Shown here: piece by piece, positions 14,236 through 26,708 of the stretch
Position numbering within the stretch: position 1 is the stretch's first letter
How the letters are laid out: each line of letters starts with the position of its first letter
Assembly: GCA_002104945.1 (NCBI GenBank)
Contig: MCFH01000033.1
Span: 310,001 to 374,000 of the forward strand
Length of the DNA: 64,000 bases
Direction: 5' to 3'
Origin: Piromyces finnis finn
Taxonomy: Eukaryota > Fungi > Neocallimastigomycota
The notes under the pieces: model-generated
What the model was told of the DNA's origin: nothing
Database searches by the model: none
What the model saw: only the letters and a program-made list of their open reading frames with translations
Program-made: the position numbers and the translations under genes

Positions 14236-15651
14236 ATTGACTATAGAAGAATAGAGATACAAAAATATAAATACATAAAATCTATTTAATATCAAATATT
14301 TATAAAAAATAATTTTTAAAAACAAGAAAAATTAACAATATTATAATCTTACATAAATTTTTGACATATAATTATTATTGGGAAAAGATGATTTTTTATT
14401 TTCCTATTCCTCATAAAAAAGTTTAATAATTACAACAAGATTATTCAATATAATAAAAATAGAAAAAAGTTTAACTGTAATTATATAAATTTAATTTTCA
14501 TATTTAGTTATACTTATATATAATAATTATAAAGTATAAAGTAATCTTGGAGAATTATTAAAAAAACTTTAAATATAAAAAATTGCTTATTTTATTATTT
14601 AATAAGATTCAACATTATTTAAATAACTCACTCACACTATACATTAAATATAGGATAATTTCAATTAGTTAATAATAATTTATTCTAAAATATTTTCGAT
14701 TAAAATATTAACAAAATTTGAAAGAATAATAAATAATTTATAAATTTTAAAGAAATTAAAAATTTTTAGATTAGTCTAAAAATTTTTTACCTTTTGTAGT
14801 TAAAAACTATTAATTTTTTCATTAATAGTAATAAATACATACATATATACTTGTAATTAATAGAAATGTTAAAAATCTATTGTTTCATTTATATTTTAAG
14901 GTGTATTATGTAAGATCCTTTTATTAATACCTAAAAATATTAATAATAATATTCTTCATATAACAATAATAAAAAAAAAAAAAAGTAATAATGCTTAGTA
15001 TGTCATATATTCAGACTATAAATTTTTAATAAGTTATTGCATTTGTATTATTTTTTTTTTAATTGTTTTTCATGGTATTTAATTACATTTAATTTTAATG
15101 AATTAAAATAACCAAAAAAGTATGATAATACCTTCTTTTTAATTCATCAATAAAATATATTAATATTTTTGATATTTTTATATGAGATATTACTATAATA
15201 AATATTTTTTATGTTACTATATTATATACTTTAATGTTTTTGTAAATAATAACTGAATTAATTGTATGTTTCGTATATATATATATATATACTGTAATAA
15301 TATAAAGATTTAAAAAATAAAATAAAAATTTAAGAATTACTACCACTACTACAAAATATAAGTTAATTTGAATAAGTTTTTAAATATAATCCCATTTATA
15401 TTTTATTAAAAAATAATAATTTATAAAATTAGGAAAATTTTAAATTATAATTTATTTTTTATTTATTTTATTTTTTAAAATATTTGAAAGATATATAAAT
15501 TAATGTAGAAAAATAAAACTAAAATATTATAAATAATGATTATTATAATTCTATTAAATTAAACTAAAAATCAAAATAAATATTGTATATAATTTTTTTT
15601 TTGATACATATGAATTATTAAAAGTGTTTTTATAACTTTGTAATAATAAAC

Positions 15652-17331
15652 TTATAAGAAGAAACGACGACGACTAGTTTCCATTTCAGGCTATTATAAT
15701 TATATAAATAGAAATAGATGATATCAATATTAAACTATTTTATTATTTTATAAATGTTATTGTAACTACTATTGTATATTTTATTATAATTACCCTGAAT
15801 ATCCATTCGTAATCACCAAATTTAGTATCAAAGGTTCCTCTTTGTAATGACTTTAATTTTAATGTAAATCTTGGTCCTAATTCTTGAAGATTTACTTTTT
15901 TACCATCCTTAAATATATATCTTTATTATTATTATTATTATAAAATTTATAAAATTAATATACATTTATGTTTTTCTTTAAAAATCGTATTACATAAGTA
16001 TTTTATATAACATATTATAATTTACCTGTGTCTTCTGAAAAATATAAAATCACGTTGATTGTGGAAAGTAGCAACTTGACGACCTTCGAATTGCTTAATT
16101 GGTGGGAATAATGCTGAAAACATACGACCAATTGTATGACCAAGTCTTGTATTGAAATTATTTAAGATTAATTCTGGTTTATGTGAAGTTGCACGACCAT
16201 GACCCTAAATTTTGTTTATTAATATTTTATTAAATTATTATTTCATTGCTTAAAATATTTGCTTTTATCGAAACTTACTGCTATATCCTTTGTTAAACGA
16301 ACACTTGATAATTTGAAGTTTGCAGTTGGACCATTTGGTAAATGCATAATTGACATTGAGGCTAATTTTTTAATAGATTATATTAACATGAGTTAACATT
16401 ATATATTTTCTTATTTTATTATAATTTTTGAAAGAATATTTTTGTATAATTCGGAAAATATTTTAAATTTTTTTTCCATAAATATTTTTTTATTAAGCTT
16501 ACTTGGTTGTTTTTTATCTTCATTAACAACAATAACATCAGTATATTCTTGTTCAATAGCCATTTCAACCATTTTCTTTAAATCAAATTTTGGATGTCTT
16601 TTTACAAATTCTGAATTTGGGAAAATATCAACTAATTCATCAGTAAATCTATATGTATTCTTTATTAAAAAAATAAATTTTCATATTTCATTTTTTTTTT
16701 TTTTTTTTATTTTTGGTTAATGTTTGGTTGTTTAATAATTCTCAATTTATATATTAATTATTTATTGATAATTACTGGTGTTGATTTTCTACTTGTTGTA
16801 ATAAGGATTTTTGGTGTTGCTCCGTTAAAGTATTCGGCAAATTCATCAGTTTCTTCATCTTGCATAACCTTTAAATTAAAAGGTCATTATAATTTATATT
16901 TTAAAAATAAAAATAAATATAAAAATTAACAAAAAAATTCATTTATATTTTCCAAAAATTCATTCCATTATATTATTTAGAGTGAAATAAATAAATTTAG
17001 TTATTTTTTTTTCAATTCCCATTTATTATATATATGTACTAAAATTATTAATTACTTCTTCATCATCAATATCAACAATTGTTTCATCAAATTCTCTTGT
17101 ATTTTCTAAAGTTTTTGGTATATTTTTTTTTAAACGTTCTTCTTTTTTTGTTGGATCTTCTTCTTCTTCCTTCTTACGTTGTTTTCTCATTTCTAATTTC
17201 TTTTGAGCTTTATCATGTTTTAATTTTGCAACAACATCAGCTCTTTTCATTTTATTTTTTATATTTTCAGCTTTAACTTTATGAGCAACACTGCTAATTT
17301 TTGACTTAATATTTGGGCGTGAAACCTTCAT
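15652..17331 (-). CDS. RPF1: Brix-domain 60S ribosome biogenesis factor Rpf1, multi-exon
   Basis: N-terminus IKNKMKR...[14 protein letters not shown]; spliced exons give [66 protein letters not shown] and end [12 protein letters not shown] (stop 15652-15654). Confidence 0.93.
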
Positions 17332-18570
17332 GATGTTAAATTATATTATAATAAAATATTCCTTTTGTAGATAAATAAGATAGTACTGTAATTCTAATAT
17401 TAGCTTTTCTAATGAATTGAAGGTTAATACAATCAAAATTGTTTCTTTTTTTTAACAATATTAATATTATACTTTATTATAATAATTATTGAATAGTACT
17501 TTTTTTTTTTAATATTTATTAAAAATATTTTATTATTATAAAATTTTACAATTTCAATTTATTAGCCAATCATTGAAGTTATAAATATTCAAAAAAACAC
17601 TACATTACAGTTTATAATATCAAAGTTGAAATGAAACCATTATCTTTTTTAAAAGAATAATATTATACAATAATAAATAAATTATTAATAGAAAGAATAT
17701 TGAAGAAATATTATATACTATATATAATTTTTTCTATAAAAGTACATACTTGTAATAAAAACTAAATAGCTTTTAACTTGCTAATTCCATTCTCAATCTA
17801 TATTTTTTTTTTTCATTTTTTTTATAGATCTTTATTGTGTAACATTTAAACTTAAAAAAAAAATATTAATTAAATAATTATAATAGAGAAAAAAAAACAA
17901 CATAAAAGAATCTATACAAACAAACACTTCTTATCCTCATGTAGTTCTAATTGAAAATGAATTACCTTTAGGAAACATTTCAACTTTATATTTAAAAAGC
18001 TTTTAAAATTAATTTTTATTATTAAAAGAGTATTTCTAATATTTTTATTAAATAATATTAAAAATCTAAAAAGTTTTAATTTTATAGAAATTAATAATAT
18101 AAAAATTATTTTTTTTAAAACGATTATATAAAAAGCTTTTAAATATTCAAGTAATATTAGTAAACTTCTATTCAATATAATATATATATGTATTGAATTG
18201 AGGTTTGTTAACATATGTGCTATGTAAAATTATATATTTTACTTTTATGTATTTATATAATAGTTTTTTTAATGGAAATAAGAAAAGTTTTACAGAAAAT
18301 AATAAAAGTAATTTAATAAACTTTAATTAAAATTTTTTTAATATATTTAATATTTAAAATCAATAATAATTTTATTTATTAATATTATCTTTCCTTTTTT
18401 CTTTTTTAAAATTGAATGAAGAAATGGTGTAAACTAAAAATAAAATAATATATATATAATCTAGTTTTAACAACGATATTAACAAAATATCACATTATCC
18501 TGTATTGTTATTATATTAATAGTATCATTATTTTTTAAAAAAAAAACTTTTCTTTTTAAATATTTATAAA

Positions 18571-20209
18571 ATGAAAAAAATAAATATTTTATTTGTTTAC
18601 TTAATTCATGGTCTTGGAGGAGAAAATAAAGATTTTGTAAATGTAAAGGTAAAACTTGAAGGAACTTTTGATAAGTTATTTAAAGATGATGAAAATGACA
18701 GAGAAGTGAAAAATATAATAGCATGTTATTGTTCCAGTGCAAATTCAGGAATGAAATCAACATTTCCTTTAGAAATTATGTTTGAAAATGATTTTAAAGA
18801 ATATACAAAATATTTTGAAAATAATTTAATAAAGACTATTAGACGTGAAAAGGATAAATATAATAAAAACAATGATATTGAATGTGATATATATATTTCT
18901 TTTTCTGGTCATTCGTTAGGTGGTAATGTAGCTCGTGGTACAATTACAAGACTTTATAGACCATACATAAAAAATGAAAAAAATTATGATAATTTTTTTG
19001 AATATATAAAAAAAGAATATTCGTTTATTACAAATGTTATTCCTTGTTCTTATTTATCATTGAGTTCTCCACATCTTGGTTCACTAGTATCTGAACCCAA
19101 TGAGACCAGTAAGTTTATAAAGAGAACAGAAAAAAAAGTCGTGAAAGCATTTTGTAATTTAGCTATTGGTGACGTTGGTAAAGAATTAACATTTCAGGAT
19201 TCTAAAGTTAAATCAAAAGCAAGTAACGATAGTATTCATAATGATAAATCATCTAAATACTCGTTAATAAATTGTTGTAGTAAAGAATCGATGGAAGCTT
19301 TATCCAAATTCCCAAATAGAACATTGACAGCTTTTTTGAGATATGATTTACAAGTTAAATATTGTTCAGCCATGGGATGTATAGAAACACCATTACCATC
19401 TATTTTAAAAAATGAAAAGGAAATTTTAGTTAAAGATAGTGAAAATGATACTAGAATTGTTATGTATTCGGGATATGAGGAAGGTTCAGAATTAGAATAT
19501 TATCAAAAAGAACTTTTCAATGAAAAAATATCAAAAAATTTTTATTACAATAATACAAAGGTCGTTGCATCACCAGACATTGATGATCAAATTAAAAAAG
19601 CAATAATTAATAATAAAGAAAAAATAAACACAGTATCAGAAAATAGTTCATCAAATAATAAAATTTCTGAAGAAGATACAAAAAATTATGGTAATTATTT
19701 AAATTAAAAACTTTTATTTTTAATAAATATGATATTATTTTACTGGTTTTCTTTTTATTATTATTGTTTAGATTTTATTTATTTACATATTGATTACTTT
19801 TTATAATTATTCAGTTTTTTCAATTAAATGTATTTAAATACTTAATAATTAATGAAATATACGTATATATATTTGGATAATTTATTTGATAAATTATATT
19901 ATAGAGGAAATGGAAGATGAATTTTTAATTGATAATGATAATCAAACTGAAATACCTGTAGCATTAATTAAATTGTTTAACCAAATTTCGTATAGAAGAA
20001 TTTCATTAGATTTTGTTGTACCCTATGGATTACTAAGAATGCTAACACATGGACTTTGTCTTGATGTAGATTTTATTTTAGCCCGTAGAGCTTGTATAAA
20101 AATGATGGCTAAAAAAACAAAACTTTTTTATAGCCATTTAATTATAGCTGATTTTATTAGAACATCAAAACAAACGGATGATTATTCATTATTATATCTT
20201 TTAAATTAA
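18571..20209 (+). CDS. DUF676-like alpha/beta hydrolase (putative lipase/esterase) paralog A; 2 exons
   Basis: LIHGLGG, nucleophile elbow GHSLGG, LSSPHLG. Intron 19691-19904 (TATG|GTAATT...ATAG|AGGAA) joins in frame to ORF ending 20209. Confidence 0.85.
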
Positions 20210-20653
20210 TCATTATTTAAATTATACTTTATAATAATAAGTTATGAAATAAAAATAATAGTTTAATGGGTTAATACGATAGAACAAAGTTACAATATAT
20301 TAGTTTTTTTCCTCCCTTTTATAAAATAAAGAATAAATAAAAAATGTAATATATGGATTGACTATTTAATTTTAAATTTTTTAACAATTAAGGAATTAAA
20401 AAAAAAAGAGAGGTAAATAAATACTATAAATATATCTTTATTATATCAGAAAAAAAAAAGTAATAAACAAGAAAAATAAAAATAAATAAAATTTTTTTTT
20501 ATTATTAAATATACTGGTTGTATTTTTCTTTTATTTAGTTGACTTATTTACATTACTATATCTATTATATCTATTATTTTATAATGAAATAATAAATTAA
20601 TATATACATTATATTTATTTATTTTAAATATTTCATGTTATTTAACATGTTAT

Positions 20654-22368
20654 TTAAAATTGAAGAAGAGCGACAGTTATGGTAATAACTAAAGTAAATA
20701 CTATGCTTAAAGAAATAGATAGTAAAGCACCACTACTATTTTTATTATCATCAGATATAGAATCATCAGATATAGAATAAGATTTAATTGCTTTACTAAT
20801 TTCTTCTAATGTTTCAGATGCAGTTTGTTGTCCGTAAAAATAACTACGAATAATACTATAAAAAGTATTTGAAAATTCATTATAATTATTATCTATATTA
20901 TTAGGTTCTGCAATTGGTTGATGTTGTTTTTCCATTTCACAATCAACTATTTTACAAACTTCTTCTTCATCATATATACTTCTCATTCCTGAAGAAACTT
21001 TTTTGATAGTAGCAAGTTTTTTTTGATATTCTTCCGAAGTGAAAAATTCAATTACTTTAATTGCAGCATCTCTATGTTCCTCATCAATATATTTACAAAC
21101 ACCAATATTATAACCTCCAATTATTGTTCCTGATACTCCTTCATTTTTTCCTACTAAGACTGTTTTTTTATATCCAGGGATAGTAAATGAAAGATCCCTA
21201 AACTTTACAAATAGAAAACTTTGAGAAAATAGCCCATAGATACTGACATCATCAGTACTTAAATATGTTTCAACTTATAATAGAAAAATAATAATTTTAA
21301 GATAATTGGTATAACTATTGTTTTTATTTTTATTATTATATTTAAATTTTTATTACGTGATGAGATTCTGTCCATAATTTCTTTTAACTTTTCAAGAGCT
21401 TCAACAGCTTCCTGACTTTCATAACCTGGAAATGGTTATTGGGATGTTTCTCTAAATGAATATATATATTCATCAATCGAACATACACATTCGGCGTCTA
21501 TCAATAATAAAATTATAGTATTAAAAATAAAATTTTAATCATTGTTTTTACTTTAAATTGATTAATATCTCAAATTAATGATAGTTTTATATACCAGGAA
21601 AAAGTCCATTAAATCCAATTAAATTAGTATTTCCTTTTTCGGCTTCTCCTTTAAGAACGATTTCACTATACTCTAATAGTTGATCCTATGTTTTAGGAAT
21701 ATCTAAATCATATTCATTTAAAAGTTCTATATTTGAATATAATACAGTAAACGTTAAATATAATGGCTAAAAAAATATTTAAAATAAAAATACATTTATA
21801 ATATGGGTTAGTATAAATATATTTTTCTGTTATTTACTATTAATAAATATTTATAATAAAAGCGACAATATACAAATGGAATACTAACCAAACTAATCCA
21901 TATTTCATTAAATTTACAAATTTGTGGTGCTACATCATTTTCATATTTTTCAATGTGTTCTTTTTTTAAATAATCTGCTAGATTGATAAAATGATTAGTA
22001 TACTTTCTAGAATGTTGAACATCATACAAATAGATATCATATTTGTTTGATTGTTCACTAAAAAGATAATCAAATGTACTATCATAGTCATTTCGTATCG
22101 TAGATAAGTTAAGTTCTAATTGTATATCAAGATTATTTTCCCATGCATATTCATTAAAATCATTTATAAATTCTTTCAGTAAACTTTCATTATCATTAGT
22201 CATAACCAGAGATTTAATTTTTATTGCATATACAAATGCTATATATTAAGCTATTTTAGAAGACATTCTTATATTTGTAATTTTAATACTATAATAATAA
22301 AATATATGAAATTAATTACATATTACTATCAATTGGATATATAATTTCAACCCAAGTTTTATTTTCAT
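20654..22368 (-). pseudogene. SBP copy 5 with no 7TM, ending in a GPI-type hydrophobic tail; two premature stops
   Basis: Same 5-exon layout (ATG 22368 MKIKLGLKLYIQLIVI). TGG>TAG at 21686-21688 and TCA>TAA at 21436-21438 relative to paralogs. Ends YSISDDSISDDNKNSSGALLSISLSIVFTLVITITVALLQF. Confidence 0.85.
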
Positions 22369-22459
22369 ATTAGCTGTAGTAATGAATGGTAATTCAAAAA
22401 TATTAAGATGTAAATCTATTTAATGTTTTTATAATATTATAACTTTAAATGATTTTTTA

Positions 22460-22491
<32 letters not shown>

Positions 22492-22820
22492 CCAAATTTT
22501 AAAAATACCTTTTATATGATTTTTTAATATCATACTAGTCTCGTAAAATATAACAATTTATTCTTCTCCTTTTCATAATAAGTTATTATAATAAAAAATA
22601 TAAAAACTTTATTAATATTCTAATAAGTTAAATAATTTATGTTATTAAATATTAAAAAATAAGGAGCAGAGTAATTTAAATATTTATACTATTTATTAAA
22701 TATAAAATAGTTTCAATACAGTTAATAACCTTTTCTATAATATTTTTGAATCTATAAAACTAAATTAATTTATATTAATTACACAAATTCTAAAAATAAT
22801 AAAAATAATAGAGTTATGGT

Positions 22821-22858
<38 letters not shown>

Positions 22859-23222
22859 CTAATAACTATAATAATTAAAAAGATCTAAGAGAAGATGTAA
22901 ATTAATACTCTAAAATATATATGTATATTTTCTAATTTTTTAAACTTATAATAATAATTATTATTTTTATTTATTTATTTTTAAATTTATAAAGTTTTTA
23001 TTTTATTTTATTTTACCTTTTTTTTTTATTATTAAATAATTTATTTATTTTTTTTTTTTTTTGTATTTTTAGTTTTATTTTTTTTCTATTTAAATAATTT
23101 ATTTAAATTACTATATCTATTTTTTTCTATTGTATAAGAGTTTAATTATTTTATATAAATGATGAATTATTTTACATTTTATTATCCATTTTAAATATTT
23201 CAAAAGTTATTTAATGGGTTAT

Positions 23223-24968
23223 TTAAAATTGAAGAAGAGCAACAATCATGGCAATAACTAAAGTAGCCATACTTAAAGAAATGGATGATAAAGAGCCACT
23301 ACTGCTTGTAACAGAAGGTGGCTTTGGAGAACCTTCATCAGCTTTTGCAGCTACAATACTTTGAGTATTATTACCATTACCAGAAATTAAGTTATAGGTT
23401 TCACCAGCAACAATTTTTGGAGAAGTAATTAAAACGTGAGAATAATCATTTCCTGGAGTGAAAGAAACAATTGTATTGTTTGATTTATCTTTAAGAGTAA
23501 GCTCAGTTCCAGCCTTTTGCATTGGAATTTCCATAAGAACCTTTGGTTGATAAACCTTGGCTTTGTCAGTTTGTTCACCTCTCTTTACTTTCTTTTCTTT
23601 ATTATTCTTTTCCTTGTTATTATTTCTCATGTTTGGTGGCATCATTAAATTCCAATCGAAATCACCGGCAGTACCAACAAAGGTGGCACCAGCAACAATG
23701 GAGTTATCTCCTTCAGCATCAATTGTACTAATTGGACCATAGATTTCACCACCATTAACACTAATAAAAACTTGAGCATCACCACCAATGTAGGCAATAC
23801 CATTGGTATCAATACCATCACAATCTTCTTCAGTAACATCAACATAGACCTTACCTCCTACAATATTAACGTAAATACTTCCATCGTTAGCATGTGGGTC
23901 AAATGGCTTTGGTGGTGGTGGTTGACTTGGGTCAAAGACATCTCCTGGTGGTGGTGGTGGTGGCATTTCTTCACCAGCTTTTCCAACTTGGGCAGCATTA
24001 ATACCATCATCTGTAGCCTTAATATGAATTTCTCCTCCAAGAATATCCACCATTTGAGCTTCAATACCTTCCTTACATGCTTTAATATCAATATTACCAT
24101 TATGATTGGTAAAATGAGTTTCAGCGTGAAGAGCATCATTTTCAGTGGAAATGGTTAATTTACCATTATCAATGACGAGATAACCCTTATTTTTATTTTC
24201 TTGACTAGTAACCTTTAATGCACTGTCAGTAGAATTGATATTAATGGTAGCATCTTTAATACAAATAGAGTTTTTACCCTTGATACCTTTACCTTTAGCA
24301 TTAACATTAATATTACCACTTACAAGTTTAATATCTTTTGTAGATCTAATGGCGTCAGCATAAACACCAGTAACTTCTAAATTACCATCACCATTAATTG
24401 TAAGATCAGTTTTCGAAAATATGCATGCATCTGGATCTTTTTCATTACCAGTATAATTAAGAGAGTCAACAATCTTATTATTACCAGAAAGAGTAAGAAC
24501 TACTTTATCAGCTTCGAGAGCATTAATAGCTGGTCCATTATTACTTGATATACTAGAATTATTTAAAATAAGGTGGACATCGTCTTTCTTTTGGGCTTGA
24601 ATAAGAACTTGACCTTGAAAATCACCTTCAAGAATATAATCACCAGCAGCAGAAATGGTAATAAGACCTTGAGTTGCAGTAACACCATTACCAGTAATAT
24701 TACAAGTATTTCCATTACAGTTAATTTTATTATTTGAATCTAAATTTGCATTAGTATCAAATTCTCCATAGTTACAAGTAATTGGTCCAGCTTTTAAGTC
24801 TAATTCTATTTTTTTTGGTCCCATATCTTCTGGAGGGGCACCATTAGATTCTTGTTTTTGAGGAATATCAGTAACGGCATTAGATGGCTTTGAAGCATCA
24901 TCAGGAATTGTTGCACCATAAGAAGCAGCAATATATGCTATAAAAGTTAAAACGTTTAAAATTCGCAT
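23223..24968 (-). CDS. Secreted Cthe_2159-like (DUF4353) beta-helix carbohydrate-binding protein with probable GPI anchor signal; intronless
   Basis: Signal peptide; ITISAAGDYILEG, VHLILNN, GPAI, DACIFSKTDLTINGDG, DDGINAA, DGIDTNG match the family as I recall it; Ser-rich spacer plus terminal hydrophobic tail without a charged cytoplasmic end. Confidence 0.82.
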   Translation of the reverse strand: MRILNVLTFIAYIAASYGATIPDDASKPSNAVTDIPQKQESNGAPPEDMGPKKIELDLKAGPITCNYGEFDTNANLDSNNKINCNGNTCNITGNGVTATQGLITISAAGDYILEGDFQGQVLIQAQKKDDVHLILNNSSISSNNGPAINALEADKVVLTLSGNNKIVDSLNYTGNEKDPDACIFSKTDLTINGDGNLEVTGVYADAIRSTKDIKLVSGNINVNAKGKGIKGKNSICIKDATININSTDSALKVTSQENKNKGYLVIDNGKLTISTENDALHAETHFTNHNGNIDIKACKEGIEAQMVDILGGEIHIKATDDGINAAQVGKAGEEMPPPPPPGDVFDPSQPPPPKPFDPHANDGSIYVNIVGGKVYVDVTEEDCDGIDTNGIAYIGGDAQVFISVNGGEIYGPISTIDAEGDNSIVAGATFVGTAGDFDWNLMMPPNMRNNNKEKNNKEKKVKRGEQTDKAKVYQPKVLMEIPMQKAGTELTLKDKSNNTIVSFTPGNDYSHVLITSPKIVAGETYNLISGNGNNTQSIVAAKADEGSPKPPSVTSSSGSLSSISLSMATLVIAMIVALLQF

Positions 24969-25744
24969 TTTAAATTATTCTTTTTTTATTTTGTTTTGTT
25001 TATTATTTTTATTTTTTATATTATTATTATATTATTATTTTTTTGTTTGATTGTTTATTTTTTAGTTATTCCTTTTAGTATATTGTTTTATTTTTTTCTA
25101 TAATAATAATAATAATAATATAAATATGTATTATTTATTATGTATTATTATTATTTTTTATTTTTTATAATTTTTTTTTTTTTTTGATTTGTTTGTTTAT
25201 AAAAAAGTCCGTATTTTACTTTCCTTTTATATCTTTTTATAAAAATTTTTTTAATATATTTTGTGAAACTTTAATGGTAATTAATTATAAAAAATGATAT
25301 CGTGCAACATAAAAAAAAAGAAGTTTTTAATTAATTTATTTATATTCAATTTGTGTAATATTTTGATTTTAATTATTTTTTATAGTGCGACGGTTTAAAT
25401 TGATGAATCACTTTTTAAAATGAAAAAGTGTAAAATGTAAAATGGATATAAAAGAAAAAGAAAAAAAAAGTTTTAAAGTTAATAATAATGTAATATTTTT
25501 TTTTCGTTTTATTTAATTATTTATTGATAAATATTAAAGAAATAATGGTATAGTTCATTAAAATACTCCATTATAAAAAATAGATTTTATTTATTAAACC
25601 CCCCTTTTTTTTTATTAAATAAAATGCTTTTATATATATAGAAGTGTTAATGTTCAAATATTTTTTTTTTTAAATGTATAGAAAAGAAAAAGAAAACTTT
25701 TTAAATAATAATAATAATAATATTTATAATTATTATTATTATGT

Positions 25745-25745
25745 C

Positions 25746-25779
<34 letters not shown>
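25745..25779. repeat. (ATT)n microsatellite
   Basis: Directly visible. Confidence 0.9.
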
Positions 25780-25781
<2 letters not shown>

Positions 25782-26708
25782 ATTGACTATGGAATAATGT
25801 GAAATAATAATATATAAATAAAATGAAATATATGATAAACTATTGGTTATAGTTAATGTTTCAGTTCATTTTTTGATTTGTATTTATTAATAAAAAAAAT
25901 TATAAATATTATGTTATTTTTATAAATAAAAAGATTAAAAATATAAAGAAAAAAAGAAATAAAAAACTTGATAATTAAAATAGAATTTACTAATAAGGTA
26001 AATAAATAATTAATACTTAAAAAAAAAAAAAAGTGAACATGAACAACTAAAGTAAAATAAAAATAAAAAGGTAGAAGAGGAGACAATTTAAAAAAAAAAA
26101 AATTTTTAATTAATTTGATTCTTTAAAAATTATTCATAACCAATGAAATTGAAAATATCTAAAACTTTTTTATTTTTTATTTTTATTATTTATTATACTT
26201 TTTTTTTTATGAAATTAAATTAATTTAGAATATGCAATGATGATGGATGTAACAATAAACACACCTATTAGGTAAATTAAATTATACTTAATAACCTACT
26301 TATCAAAAGTTACATATTAGTAAATAATATTGATATAAATATAGACTAAAATAAATTATAAATATTCTACACAAAAAATACATAATAAATATTAAAATAA
26401 TACTAGAATTATGAAAAGAAAAGAATTATTGGTTATTGATATATTATGAATTTTTATTGTAGTTTTATTTGTATTATTTATATAATTGGTATTTTTATAT
26501 GGTATAATATTTATATATATTGATATGATATTTTATATTTTAGTAGATATTTTTAGTTTGATATTGTTTATTCGATAATACGTTATAAATTTATTTTAAT
26601 TTACAAAAAAAAATATTATTTATATATTATAATGTAATTTTTTTTTTTTTTTTGATGATTTATTCTGTTTCAAAAAATAAAAGTAGATTTATTTATTATT
26701 TTATATTA

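Noticed and set aside
21686-21688. TAG in place of TGG as an A-to-I editing-rescued stop
   Set aside because: Such editing is known from some filamentous ascomycetes, but the second stop (TAA for TCA) cannot be repaired this way; simple pseudogenisation fits better.
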